Shown here one piece after another: positions 19,094-28,174 of a stretch of 64,000 bases of DNA. The DNA is from a virus: IMG/VR virus record IMGVR_UViG_3300006802_000078, positions 1 to 64,000 of that record, one strand, 5' to 3'. A program made the translations under genes and the position numbers. The stretch's first letter is position 1, and each line of letters begins with the position of its first letter. The notes under the pieces were generated by a model, which saw nothing but the letters and a program-made list of their open reading frames with translations, did not search any database and had not been told where the DNA came from.

Positions 19094-19995
19094 CACGAGA
19101 GCACTGCCAGCAGCTCGAGCTTCTGCCCTCTCTGCTTCGCGTCGCGGCTCACGCTGGCTCGTGCCGGCACGTGGTAGCACCTGATGCTACAGGTGTCAGC
19201 CGCCGCGTCCATGTAGAAGCTCTCGGCGCTCAGGCTGTCGTGGACGACGAACCGCGCACCCAGGCTGCAGAGCTCGGCGATGCGCTCTGCGCCCTCGGCC
19301 CGGTCCTCGTCGGTGAAGGGCGCGCCGACGTAGGCCACCTCGGAGCCGTGGTAGGGCGGATCCCACACGCCGCGCATCCGCACTGCGTAGGCTGCCGCAC
19401 GGTCCTCGACGAACTGGAGGGTCTCGCGCCAGTCCCGGAAGATGGTCGTGCGCTGCGTCAACGCAGCCGCCGCCTCAAGATCCGCGAGCGAGGACACTCG
19501 CGCCACCTGCGGCTTGTTGGCGCCCTTCACGCGGCGTTTGCCCATCGGGACGTTGTAGTCGCCGGCGCGGTTGACACGCCAGAGACCGTTGAAGCAGATG
19601 CTGGACAGGACGAGCCAGATGGCCGCGACCACGTCCTCGTCGCCGCGTTCGATGGCACGGTTCAGCCCGGCGCGCATGTCGTAGTAGTGCTTCGCTGCGC
19701 CCTCGGCCTCGATGTAGCCCTGAGCGAACAGGCTCGCGTGGCGATGCAAGTGCTCGGTGCCATTGGGGATCGACAGCATCCGCAGCAGCGCCCGGGGCCC
19801 AGCAGCCGCTTCGCTCGTGACCACCTCGATGGCGCCGCGACGCGCCATCTCCCGGCCGACGATGCCGGAGCCGGCGAAGACGTCGATGCCGATGCAGCCC
19901 GTCAAGTCCTCGCCGAGGGCGCCAGCCACGAAGATGCGGTCGAAGGCCCACTGCTTGCAGCCCAAGTACTTCGTGAGCTTCGGGTTCTCGATCAG
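19093..19995 (-). CDS. Dam-like (D12 class) N6-adenine DNA methyltransferase
   Basis: KYLGCKQW, DVFAGSG, FNGLWRVN..G.YNVPMG, WDPPY; start codon uncertain (CTG at 19995). Confidence 0.9.
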   Translation of the reverse strand: MIENPKLTKYLGCKQWAFDRIFVAGALGEDLTGCIGIDVFAGSGIVGREMARRGAIEVVTSEAAAGPRALLRMLSIPNGTEHLHRHASLFAQGYIEAEGAAKHYYDMRAGLNRAIERGDEDVVAAIWLVLSSICFNGLWRVNRAGDYNVPMGKRRVKGANKPQVARVSSLADLEAAAALTQRTTIFRDWRETLQFVEDRAAAYAVRMRGVWDPPYHGSEVAYVGAPFTDEDRAEGAERIAELCSLGARFVVHDSLSAESFYMDAAADTCSIRCYHVPARASVSRDAKQRGQKLELLAVLS

Positions 19996-20255
19996 GGCAG
20001 CACCCGCCAGCCAAGGACGCGAAGCCAGCTCGCCAGGACCACGGCCTGGCCGGAGTAGCGGCAGCTCACCTGGAGCTCTCCATCGAGCTCTCGCGCCCAC
20101 CAGTCGTTGGCGACGTCGAGCTGCCACTTGCCGGGCGACAGGGGCCAGGGCGCCCGGTCGTCGGGGGCGCGGACTGCGAGCACAGGATCGAGCAGCACGA
20201 CGAGCAGTGGCAGCAGCTCGGCCGCCGGTGTCGTGTCAGTGGCGATGCGGATCAT
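19992..20255 (-). CDS. Hypothetical protein
   Basis: 87 aa within the coupled operon. Confidence 0.65.
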   Translation of the reverse strand: MIRIATDTTPAAELLPLLVVLLDPVLAVRAPDDRAPWPLSPGKWQLDVANDWWARELDGELQVSCRYSGQAVVLASWLRVLGWRVLP

Positions 20256-20400
20256 CTTCGGCTCCGTTGTGTATGGCGGCGGCCGTCTCGAAGACGGCGA
20301 CGTTGATGAGGATCAAGGTGCCTGCCATCATGGTGAGCATGTGGAAGGCGAGCCGCTCGGCGGCGTTGTGGACGCGATGTCGCAGCGGGGTGCGGGTCAT
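20236..20400 (-). CDS. Small membrane protein
   Basis: 54 aa with a hydrophobic core; SD AAGGAG. Confidence 0.55.
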   Translation of the reverse strand: MTRTPLRHRVHNAAERLAFHMLTMMAGTLILINVAVFETAAAIHNGAEDDPHRH

Positions 20401-20530
20401 GGCTTCGTGTCTCCTTCTTTGACGACGTAGACGCGCTCGGCCGTCTCTCCGTGAGACGTGCCGCCGACCCAGGTGGGTGCGATCCACCGGGCCACGCGAT
20501 CAAGCTCGGTGCCGCAACTACCTGGAAAGA

Positions 20531-20860
20531 TCATTCGCAGTCTCCCTTGAAGTTGAGGATGCCGCTGCCGGCATTGCCAGACGTGAACTCGCCGTTGAGC
20601 AGCAACACGGTGATGTCACGACTCCACCAATCCCGCAGCGTGGACATCGGAACCTGCCACCTGTAGCTGCACGCCCAGTACATGACCTCGTGCTCGGTCG
20701 CGGCTTCCTCGTGCCAAGGCAGCCCGTCCGGGCCGAGGAGCCATCGGCAGCCAAGCTCACGCTCCGCCCAGATGTAGCCGCCCGCGTCGAGCTCGACACC
20801 GACGGCGTACGGCAGCACTGGCAGCGGCGCTCGCCGGCGAAAGCAGGCAGCTCGGCTCAT
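20531..20860 (-). CDS. Hypothetical protein (possibly degenerate HNH-like)
   Basis: 109 aa; SD AAGGAGGAG; HEVMY...VLLLNG...N pattern. Confidence 0.5.
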   Translation of the reverse strand: MSRAACFRRRAPLPVLPYAVGVELDAGGYIWAERELGCRWLLGPDGLPWHEEAATEHEVMYWACSYRWQVPMSTLRDWWSRDITVLLLNGEFTSGNAGSGILNFKGDCE

Positions 20861-21084
20861 GGCTCCTCCTTCGCTGCGACGGCAGCATCGAGAGCTGCTT
20901 CCGCTTCGGCCAGCTCGCCCCACGTCAGCTCGTCGATCCCGCTGACTTCCACATCGCACCAGCCACCGGCGTAGCCGACGCGCGGGTCCGGCTCGTCCCA
21001 CCAGCCGGAGACGTTGCGCACCTCGCCGGCGACGAGGCCCCGTGTGACCATCGTGTTGCGGTAGCTGGCAGAAGGGAATGGCAT
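20857..21084 (-). CDS. Hypothetical protein
   Basis: 75 aa; strong SD GAGGAGGTGA. Confidence 0.7.
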   Translation of the reverse strand: MPFPSASYRNTMVTRGLVAGEVRNVSGWWDEPDPRVGYAGGWCDVEVSGIDELTWGELAEAEAALDAAVAAKEEP

Positions 21085-21099
21085 CGTCACCTCCTCGAC

Positions 21100-21130
21100 G
21101 GTATAGCAGGGTTGTTGCACCTCCTGCAAC
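21100..21130 (-). promoter_or_regulatory. Promoter TTGCAG-18-TATACC with GTTGC-N7-GCAAC operator (21114-21130)
   Basis: gttgc acctcct gcaac, intergenic; extended -10 TG. Confidence 0.7.
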
Positions 21131-21151
21131 GGGTAACGCGCGCGCCGCCGA

Positions 21152-21907
21152 TCAGTGGCTGAAGAAGACGATGTGGGGGCCGTCGACCCCAGCGTCGCAG
21201 AGCCTGCAGGTGTTGCAGGTCACCTTCGGCAGCCCCGCGTTGGCCCCACGGAGCTTCTGCACCTGCTCCGGGCAGCCGATGGCGGTCTTGCCCCCGATGC
21301 GGGTCGGGGCATCTTCGAGCCGCTTCACCTCGAGCGCCACCTTCCATCCGCTGCGGGCCAGCTCATGAGCCTTTCCCACGTCGAAGGTGACGCTGGCGAG
21401 GCAGCTATCGCGCAGCCACGGCGCAGCCTCGGCGTTGTGGGTGTAGCTCAGCAACGCCATCTGCCGAGGGCCTCGGCGAGTGACGACGCTCGTGCTCCGC
21501 ACCTCGTGGGCCAGGTCCCGCATCTGCTCCTGGGTCAGGGCGCTGGGGTCGCCGATCCAGCCGAAGCGCACGGCCGCCGCAGCGCGACTTGCTGCTTGTA
21601 GTGCTCGGCGCAGGCCGCTGACGCCGTAGCCGCCGTCGTAGTTCTCGGCGCCGACGCGCCGCTCCTTCTTCACGGCCGCGGCGACGGCCATGCCACCGTG
21701 ACCTCGGAAGGCGTAGCAGCCACCGACCTCCCCGCCGCGGGTCTTGGGCAGCCTGGGGCAAGCCGCCACCTTGCACGCCTCGGCAGCAGCGTCGATGGCC
21801 CGCAGCGCCGCGAACTCGAGCGACGAGCCGAAGGCCACCTGGGGGATGTTGCTGGTCTTGCCGTTCTCGCTCTGCGCGACGGCGAAGCTCTCGAACCGGG
21901 CGCTCAT
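21152..21907 (-). CDS. Cys-rich conserved phage protein (gp88/DUF7227-like, radical-SAM-like Cys pattern)
   Basis: SENGKT, C..C..GCYA, VRFGWIGD, YTH, LASV, CPEQ, TCNTCRLC, IVFFSH. Confidence 0.65.
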   Translation of the reverse strand: MSARFESFAVAQSENGKTSNIPQVAFGSSLEFAALRAIDAAAEACKVAACPRLPKTRGGEVGGCYAFRGHGGMAVAAAVKKERRVGAENYDGGYGVSGLRRALQAASRAAAAVRFGWIGDPSALTQEQMRDLAHEVRSTSVVTRRGPRQMALLSYTHNAEAAPWLRDSCLASVTFDVGKAHELARSGWKVALEVKRLEDAPTRIGGKTAIGCPEQVQKLRGANAGLPKVTCNTCRLCDAGVDGPHIVFFSH

Positions 21908-22197
21908 GCGTCGGCCTCGAGGTAGGCCAGGGCCTTGTGCACGAGGAAGCTGACGCCCGCCCGGACCATGTAGCGGCCCTCGTACAGACGCACTGTGTAG
22001 ACGATGGCGAGCCTCGGCTTGCGAGGGACACCCGCCAGCACGAGGTAGCTGTCGTCGCGCTCGACATGGCGCCAGCTACAGATCTGACCGATGTCAAAGC
22101 CCGTTGCGGGGTGGAACGCGGCGAGCAGCGGCTCAGGCAGCTGCGGCATGCGCGCTGCCAAGCTCTGCAGCGCGAGACTGATATCTGAGGTTGTCAT
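21904..22197 (-). CDS. Hypothetical protein
   Basis: 97 aa; SD AGGAG. Confidence 0.65.
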   Translation of the reverse strand: MTTSDISLALQSLAARMPQLPEPLLAAFHPATGFDIGQICSWRHVERDDSYLVLAGVPRKPRLAIVYTVRLYEGRYMVRAGVSFLVHKALAYLEADA

Positions 22198-22420
22198 CGG
22201 GCAGTCTCCTGGTGGGGAAGATCGGAAGAGGTTCCGGCCTGGTGGTCCCCTTGCTCCGCGAGTGAGGGGACCTTGTCGACGAGGCCGGTCGCCGGCTTCA
22301 TGCACTACTGTGGGTAAGGCCTGCTTGCCTTGACGATAGCAGCAGACAGCAGGCCCAGTCGCTTCGCGCGTTCGCGCCCGGCGGAGATGCTGCCGCCGGA
22401 AGGATGCCTGCTGCTATTCG

Positions 22421-23261
22421 TCAATCTGTTCGCGCGCAGCCTCGACGAGCTCGACGCACTCCAGCGCCGTCGCAACCGTGACCGCCGCCCTGCTCGACGT
22501 GCAGGATCGCCTCGAGCCGCTCGATGCGGGCAAGCGCTTCGTCAGCGAACTCATCGTAGCCACACGCCATCTTCGCTCTCCTTGGTACTCGGCACGGCCT
22601 CACCCCTCATGGTGTACCACAGCAGGCGACGGACCCGGGCCATCTCCCGCAGCCAGGTGAGATCACCAGCGCAGCCCTTGAACGTCGGGTCTGCATGAGA
22701 GCTCGCGGCGACGTCCGGGTAGCGCAGCGCGTGCCAGATCTCGGCTTCCTCCTCCGTCAGCCACGCGCTGACACGATGAAGCTCGAAGCCAGGGCGAGGC
22801 AGTCCCAGATCGGTCAAGGCCTGCTCACCGGTATAGCTCATGCCGCACCCGCCAGGATGCGGAACGTGCCGAGGAGCACCGCGCCGACGAAGGCGTAGCA
22901 GATGCCGAGGGCCAGCGACGCCAGGGTGATGCGCCAGATGATGGTCATCCACTCGGTGGTGGTGTAGTCGTAGAGGTTCTTGTCCATGATGGTCTCTCCT
23001 TGTTCAGTCGTCGTTGGTGGTGTCGCCGCGCACCTCGTCGAGCTCATCGCGCAGCTCCACGAGCTCACTCTCCGTTTCTTCGCTCTCCTTCTCGCAGATG
23101 TCGCAGCGGTCACGGTGCATCCCGTAACTCACAGAGCAGAACTCCTGCTTCGTGGCGTCCTTCGGCCAGCTGCGAGCCATCGTCAGTCTTGCGGCGCAGA
23201 CCGCGCAGACCCGAATGGTCGCACCCGATGGCGACTGCCAAGTGACGACGTCAGGCTTCAT
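22421..23261 (-). other. Four small coupled hypothetical genes (22421-22570, 22551-22841, 22838-22987 membrane, 23004-23261 zinc-finger)
   Basis: Consecutive ORFs with SD sequences and overlapping stop/start codons. Confidence 0.6.
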
Positions 23262-23679
23262 CTTCGCTCTCCGTGTAGTGGGTCATCTCAGCAGGCACCC
23301 CGCGCAGCCGGTACCAGCCGGGCCGCTTCAGGAAGCGCTCTCGCAGCCGCGCACGGCTCAGGGCCACGTCGGCAGCGCTCGGCTCCCAGGCGATGTCGAA
23401 CCCCTCGATCACCGGCAGGTCGCCGATGTGGCTCAGCGTGTAGCCCCGACTGAGCAGCTCGTCCCGGAGCTGCGCATGGCGGGCGCTAAGCCAGCTGGTG
23501 CGCCAGCCGAAGAAGGTCATGTGCCCGGAGCCGAGGCAGAATACTGGCGGTGGCAGCGGTGCAGCTTGGCGCTCGACCCAGGCATGCGCCATGGTGATGA
23601 CGCGGGGCGCCTCGCGCCACTCGGCGAAGAGGTGCTGGTCGAGCAGCTCGGTCGGGTCGATGAGGTTGATGCGGGTCAT
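23251..23679 (-). CDS. denV: Pyrimidine-dimer DNA glycosylase / endonuclease V
   Basis: MTRINL..ELLDQHLFAEWREAPRV, FCLGSGHMTFF, RPGWYR closely parallel T4 endonuclease V. Confidence 0.95.
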   Translation of the reverse strand: MTRINLIDPTELLDQHLFAEWREAPRVITMAHAWVERQAAPLPPPVFCLGSGHMTFFGWRTSWLSARHAQLRDELLSRGYTLSHIGDLPVIEGFDIAWEPSAADVALSRARLRERFLKRPGWYRLRGVPAEMTHYTESEDEA

Positions 23680-23681
23680 GG

Positions 23682-24047
23682 TCAGCCTTCTCCTTCGTCG
23701 AGTTCAATGCAACAGCGCACCGTGTCGGGTACGATGGGCCCCAGGGTCGTGGCCGCGTCGAAAGCGTCCAGCACAGACCCGATGGCACCGCTCATGTCAG
23801 CCTCGACGAGCACCGAGGCGATGATGGCCGAGACCATCTCGATGCTGGCCTGGCCGCGATGCGCCAGCAGGTAGTGCACGGCGTCCACCAGCGCGTCGCT
23901 GTCGGTGTAGCCAGCGCGGCTCCCGTTGGCGCACTCGTCACACCGCTGGATCTCGTCCCAGCCGGAGTGGCCGAGGGGCACGTGCCCCCCGTCGTAGCTT
24001 CCAACGAACCAGCCAGGGCAGTCTTCGCAGCAGGGCTCGTGGTTCAT
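23682..24047 (-). CDS. Hypothetical Cys-motif protein
   Basis: CEDCPGW...IQRCDEC; SD AAGGAG. Confidence 0.65.
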   Translation of the reverse strand: MNHEPCCEDCPGWFVGSYDGGHVPLGHSGWDEIQRCDECANGSRAGYTDSDALVDAVHYLLAHRGQASIEMVSAIIASVLVEADMSGAIGSVLDAFDAATTLGPIVPDTVRCCIELDEGEG

Positions 24048-24667
24048 GGCGTTCTCCTTGTGCGGCGCGCCACCTCGACCAGCCACTCGGCGAAGTCCGG
24101 CGGGGTCAGATGGCGACGGGTCTTGCTCATCTCGGGCAGCCGGTCGGCACGGCCGCTGTAGGCATGCAGGCGGCTCTGTACGGTGCGCGTCGGCTCCCCT
24201 GGCGGCGGCACCGGCGGCAGCTGCGCTGGATCGGCGAGCCCGCACACGAGGAGCCACGTGCGCTTGCGCGCCTGGTGGCCCCAGTCGCACTGGTCCACCT
24301 CGACGGTGAAGACGAGGCGGCCTCCGAGCGGGCGCGGGGCCTCACCCGGCAGCGGCAGGTCGGGGAGATGCCCGTTGCGGCCAAGCACGAGGCCGCGACC
24401 TTCGCGCGTCCACAGCAGGGAGCCTGCCGGGTGCTCCAGCACGCCGCCGTGCTCCAGCACCTGCATCAGGCCGAGCCAGGCGTGCGTCGGGTCCTGCAGC
24501 CGGCACTGGCCCCGGAGCCTGCCCCAGGGACCGCAGAACGGGTGCGCGACGACGGGGTGAGGGCCGTCGTACCTCGTGGCGTCGCGGGCCTCGTCCCAGA
24601 TCTCGACATCAGGGAGCGCCGCATAGGGGCCCCGGCGGGCGTCGACGTAGAGAGCAGCGACGATCAT
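24044..24667 (-). CDS. Short DNA cytosine-methyltransferase-like protein
   Basis: VAALY, DEARDA, VVAHPFCGPWG (motif IV-like), VLEHPAGS (motif VI-like), QCDWGHQARKRTW. Confidence 0.75.
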   Translation of the reverse strand: MIVAALYVDARRGPYAALPDVEIWDEARDATRYDGPHPVVAHPFCGPWGRLRGQCRLQDPTHAWLGLMQVLEHGGVLEHPAGSLLWTREGRGLVLGRNGHLPDLPLPGEAPRPLGGRLVFTVEVDQCDWGHQARKRTWLLVCGLADPAQLPPVPPPGEPTRTVQSRLHAYSGRADRLPEMSKTRRHLTPPDFAEWLVEVARRTRRTP

Positions 24668-25458
24668 GGCTTCTCCCGCTTCGGCCGCGCCGTGCGCGTC
24701 GGGCGCTTCGCGACGCACTCGGGGCAGTTCCACCCCGAGGCCTTGTAGTACCGCCAGCCTGCGCGCTCGACGAACTTGCCGATGTCGGTGCGGCTGCGCC
24801 CCTCCATCTCAGGCGCCTGCATCCAGTTGCCGCAGACGTCACAGTGGACCTCCGGCATGCTTCGGATCCCCATCACCTACCTCCTTCTGGTGTCGGGCAG
24901 CAGCCGCCACCACGAACACTGGTCGTCGCTCAGGTGCCGTCGGCGCAGCCCTCCCTGTGGCCACACCCAGACCTCGACGGGCGTGTCGGGGCCGTGCACC
25001 TCGGCGATGGCGTGGCAGCGCCCCCGGCCCTCGTGGCTCCGCACACGCCAGGCGCCGTCCTCCTCGCGAACTTCGAGGAATGGGCGGCCGAGGGCAGCGC
25101 CGTTGCGCAGCGGTTCGACGAGCCGCAACGTGTCGTGCTCGCGTTCAGGCACCAGGGCCAGGAACCCGGCCGCGGTCATGACGCGCAGGAAGCCGAAGTA
25201 GTCGCCGGTGACGGCGTTGGGGACGGCGCCGATGCCATCGCGATCATCCCAAGTGATGCTCATGTTGTGGCCTCCAGTGATTCAGGTGATCATGCCGATG
25301 GCGTTGGCGAGCTCCGCCTCAGCGTCTTCGAGCGCCCGGACCTGCATCGGGTGCAGCCACGCGCGGTTGGCTTCTCCGGCAGCGTCGAGCAGGAGCTTGA
25401 CCTGCGCCTTGGTCAGCTCGACCGTGACCCGGCGCGGCTTCCGCTTCTTCTGCATCAT
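24664..25458 (-). other. Three small hypothetical genes (24664-24876 zinc-finger, 24877-25263, 25282-25458)
   Basis: Consecutive ORFs with SD sequences. Confidence 0.6.
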
Positions 25459-26123
25459 CTACCTCGCATGGACGACAGGGCGTCCACCTTCCAGTTGACC
25501 CAGGCCGCAGTGCTGCGGCGGTTGTCGCCGTGCCCGCGGATGTGCTTCATGTCGAACACGATGCCGTGCGCCGCCGGCTGCTCTCGAATCCAAGCCACGG
25601 AGTCGAAGCGCCAGCCCCGGGGCACCTCGTCTCGCTGAAGGGCGTCGAGCAGCGCAGCGCAGTCGGTGCGCAGGAACACCGTCGGCTTGCCCGGCGCGAG
25701 GCCTCGCTCCGCGGCCGACGCAGCCACCTCGGCAATGCCGTAGGCCCAGGCATCGAGCGCCAGGCTGAGCCCCCTGGCCATGGCCTCGGCCTCGCAGAAG
25801 GCGGAGCCCGGAGCTTCACCCTCACCGTGGCCGATGATTGGCGCCGTGTTCGTCGTCTTGCAGTACCAGGCCCAGCGACCGATGCCGTTCTTCCACCCAC
25901 CGTCGCTGTGCACGGTGACACTCCAGCGAGGCACGGCTTCGGCCACAAGCTCGGCAATGGCTCGATCACGCGCCTCCTCGCTCGGAGCGACCCACGCGCG
26001 GCCCTTGCCGTACCACAGGAAGCCGCGCTTCTTGAGCTCCTCGCGGGCGGTGAAGGTCCACTCCCCGACAACCGCGAGGCCTGCGTCGAAGCGCTGCTTC
26101 GCCTCCTTCTCGTAGCGCGTCAT
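25455..26123 (-). CDS. RNase HI-like nuclease with N-terminal DUF5710-like domain
   Basis: HSDGG, CEAEA, LRTDC, HIRGH, NWKVDALS give a full DEDD set; N-terminal TFTAREELKKRGFLW....AW. Confidence 0.85.
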   Translation of the reverse strand: MTRYEKEAKQRFDAGLAVVGEWTFTAREELKKRGFLWYGKGRAWVAPSEEARDRAIAELVAEAVPRWSVTVHSDGGWKNGIGRWAWYCKTTNTAPIIGHGEGEAPGSAFCEAEAMARGLSLALDAWAYGIAEVAASAAERGLAPGKPTVFLRTDCAALLDALQRDEVPRGWRFDSVAWIREQPAAHGIVFDMKHIRGHGDNRRSTAAWVNWKVDALSSMRGR

Positions 26124-26266
26124 CCGTCCTCCAGTCGGTTGAGCAGCGTGCGCAGCGCCTCGGCTGCGCTCCGCCCCAGCGCCTCCTCGTCTTCGTCTCG
26201 CTCCCAGTCCGTGCCGGTGAGGGCACGGAGCTGGGCGATGTCGTAGTCGGTCAGGACCGCAGGCAT
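26120..26266 (-). CDS. Hypothetical protein
   Basis: 48 aa; coupled on both sides. Confidence 0.55.
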   Translation of the reverse strand: MPAVLTDYDIAQLRALTGTDWERDEDEEALGRSAAEALRTLLNRLEDG

Positions 26267-26745
26267 CACCAGTCCCAGGTCTGGAAGGGTTCGAGCTCCT
26301 CAGCATCCATGTCGAAGACGAGGTAGCTACAGCCGCTCCACATGGCGTACTCGAGCAGCGGCAGCAGCCACTCCGGCGTGTCCGGGTAGGCATCGAGGGC
26401 GCTGTCATGCCCGCCGCCGAGCACGAGGACGAAGGTGTCGCCGTCGTGCAGCAGCCGCGGCTGCGTGTCACCGCTCCATGCCGGGCCGAACAGCGCAGAA
26501 GCTCGGGGCATGTGGGCGGTGCTGACGACGAGGGCACGCTCGGTGCGCGGCGTCAGGACCAGGTGCGCTTCTGCGATGGGGTGGCAGCCCGCCGCGCGGA
26601 GCCGCTCGTCGAAGTGAGCTTCCACGCAGGCGTCGGCGGCCAGGGCCTTGCTGCCTGCGACGATGAGGAAGGGCGAGCCCGGGTGCGGCTGCGCATGCGC
26701 CTCGCCCGGCGGCTGGTAGGTGAGGTAGACGTTGAAGACAGGCAT
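26266..26745 (-). CDS. Hypothetical protein with DUF5983-like C-terminus
   Basis: VSTAHM ... YLVFDMDA..L....TWDW. Confidence 0.65.
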   Translation of the reverse strand: MPVFNVYLTYQPPGEAHAQPHPGSPFLIVAGSKALAADACVEAHFDERLRAAGCHPIAEAHLVLTPRTERALVVSTAHMPRASALFGPAWSGDTQPRLLHDGDTFVLVLGGGHDSALDAYPDTPEWLLPLLEYAMWSGCSYLVFDMDAEELEPFQTWDW

Positions 26746-26750
26746 GGTAG

Positions 26751-28169
26751 CTACTCCTTGGTCACAGACAGGGTCAGCACTGCGGCCTCCAGCACGTGGC
26801 TGAGCCCGACAGCGCCAGCTCCTTCGAGTCGAGCGATGGTGAGCGCCACGGGCATGACCGCCGCGAGACCCGCCTTCAGCTTGAACGGATCTCTGGTCTC
26901 CATGTCGGAGACTGCCGGCTCCGGCATCTCCCGAGCGAGCTCGACCCGGCGCTGCACGTCAGCACTGCACTCGCCGGGCTCGCCCCACACGAGTCTCTCC
27001 AGCGAGATCGTGTCGAGGTGCACGACCATCTCGATGCCCAGCAGCCGGCGCACGTCGTCGAGGCGCCGGCGCCATCGCTCGAGCGTCTCGAAGCTGCAGG
27101 TGCATGCCCGCTTGGTACTACCTGCGAAGCCGCACGGACACGGCGCAGCGGCCGCCACCAGGTGGAACTTCGACGGCATCGTGACGGTGCCGGCAGCCCG
27201 AGTCTTCGTGATGCTGCCATCGGTCGCGGCTCTCGCAACGAGCTCGAGCACGTCTCGCCGGAACTCGGTGACCTCGTCGAGGAAGAGCACGCCGGTGTGG
27301 GCCAGCGAGACCTCGCCAGGGCGGAAGTTCGCAGCGCCGACCATACCTGCGGCGCTCACCGTGTGGTGCGGTGCGCGGAAGGGGCGCTGCGAAGTCAGCG
27401 GTGCGCCCGGGGCGCGCAAGCCGGCGGCGTCGTGGACCCGCGCCGTGTCGATCATCTCCTCGACGGTCAGGCGCGGGAGGATGCCGGGCAGGCGGGCGGC
27501 GAGCATCGTCTTCCCGCAGCCCGGCGGGCCGACGAGGAGCAGCCGGTGCCCCCCGGCAGCGGCGATCTCGAGGGCGCGGCGCGCCTGATGCAGCCCGCGG
27601 ATGTCGGCCATGTCGAGCTGATGCTGCAGCTTCTCGTAGCGAACGCCCATCGAGGTCTCGCCCTTCCCGGTCAAGGCCAGGACGGAGTCGCTCAAGTTGC
27701 GGCAGGCGCGCGTGATGCAGTTCGCTTGTGCAGCCACGCTGTCTGCGGCTTCGGCGGCCACGATGGCGCAGCCGGCCTCAGCTGCGGCCGCGGCCTCGCC
27801 TGCCTGCAAAGCGCCGCGGAAGCCACGGAGCTCGCCGTCCAGGCTGAGCTCTCCGGCTGCGAAGACCGGCGTGTCGGGGAGCTGCACCTGACCACTCGCC
27901 GCGAGCACCCCCAGAGCGATGGGCAGGTCGTAGTGGGTGCCGTCGTGACGCATGCCGGCGGGCGGCAGGTTGATGACGACGCGCTGTCGTGGCCACTCGA
28001 AGCCGGATGCCGTGACAGCGGAGCGCACCCGCTCGGAGGTCTCCCGGACGGCGCTGGCCGGCAGGCCGACGATGACGGTGGCGGGCAGGCGGCGCAGCAG
28101 GTCGACCTCGACGGTGACCAGGTGGCTGTCGACGCCGATGAGGGTGAAGGTGTAGACGGTGGTGGTCAT
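26751..28169 (-). CDS. comM: YifB/ComM Mg-chelatase-like AAA+ protein, degenerate
   Basis: IVGLP..VRE..ERVRSA, YDLPIALG, GELSLDG, GPPGCGKTMLA, RPFRAPHHT, PGEVSLAH.GVLFLDE, PCPCG. Confidence 0.93.
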   Translation of the reverse strand: MTTTVYTFTLIGVDSHLVTVEVDLLRRLPATVIVGLPASAVRETSERVRSAVTASGFEWPRQRVVINLPPAGMRHDGTHYDLPIALGVLAASGQVQLPDTPVFAAGELSLDGELRGFRGALQAGEAAAAAEAGCAIVAAEAADSVAAQANCITRACRNLSDSVLALTGKGETSMGVRYEKLQHQLDMADIRGLHQARRALEIAAAGGHRLLLVGPPGCGKTMLAARLPGILPRLTVEEMIDTARVHDAAGLRAPGAPLTSQRPFRAPHHTVSAAGMVGAANFRPGEVSLAHTGVLFLDEVTEFRRDVLELVARAATDGSITKTRAAGTVTMPSKFHLVAAAAPCPCGFAGSTKRACTCSFETLERWRRRLDDVRRLLGIEMVVHLDTISLERLVWGEPGECSADVQRRVELAREMPEPAVSDMETRDPFKLKAGLAAVMPVALTIARLEGAGAVGLSHVLEAAVLTLSVTKE

Positions 28170-28174
28170 GGTAA

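Noticed and set aside
26751-28169. comM as a host integration site marking a prophage boundary
   Set aside because: The gene is uninterrupted and tightly coupled to phage-type genes on both sides; no integrase or att repeats seen
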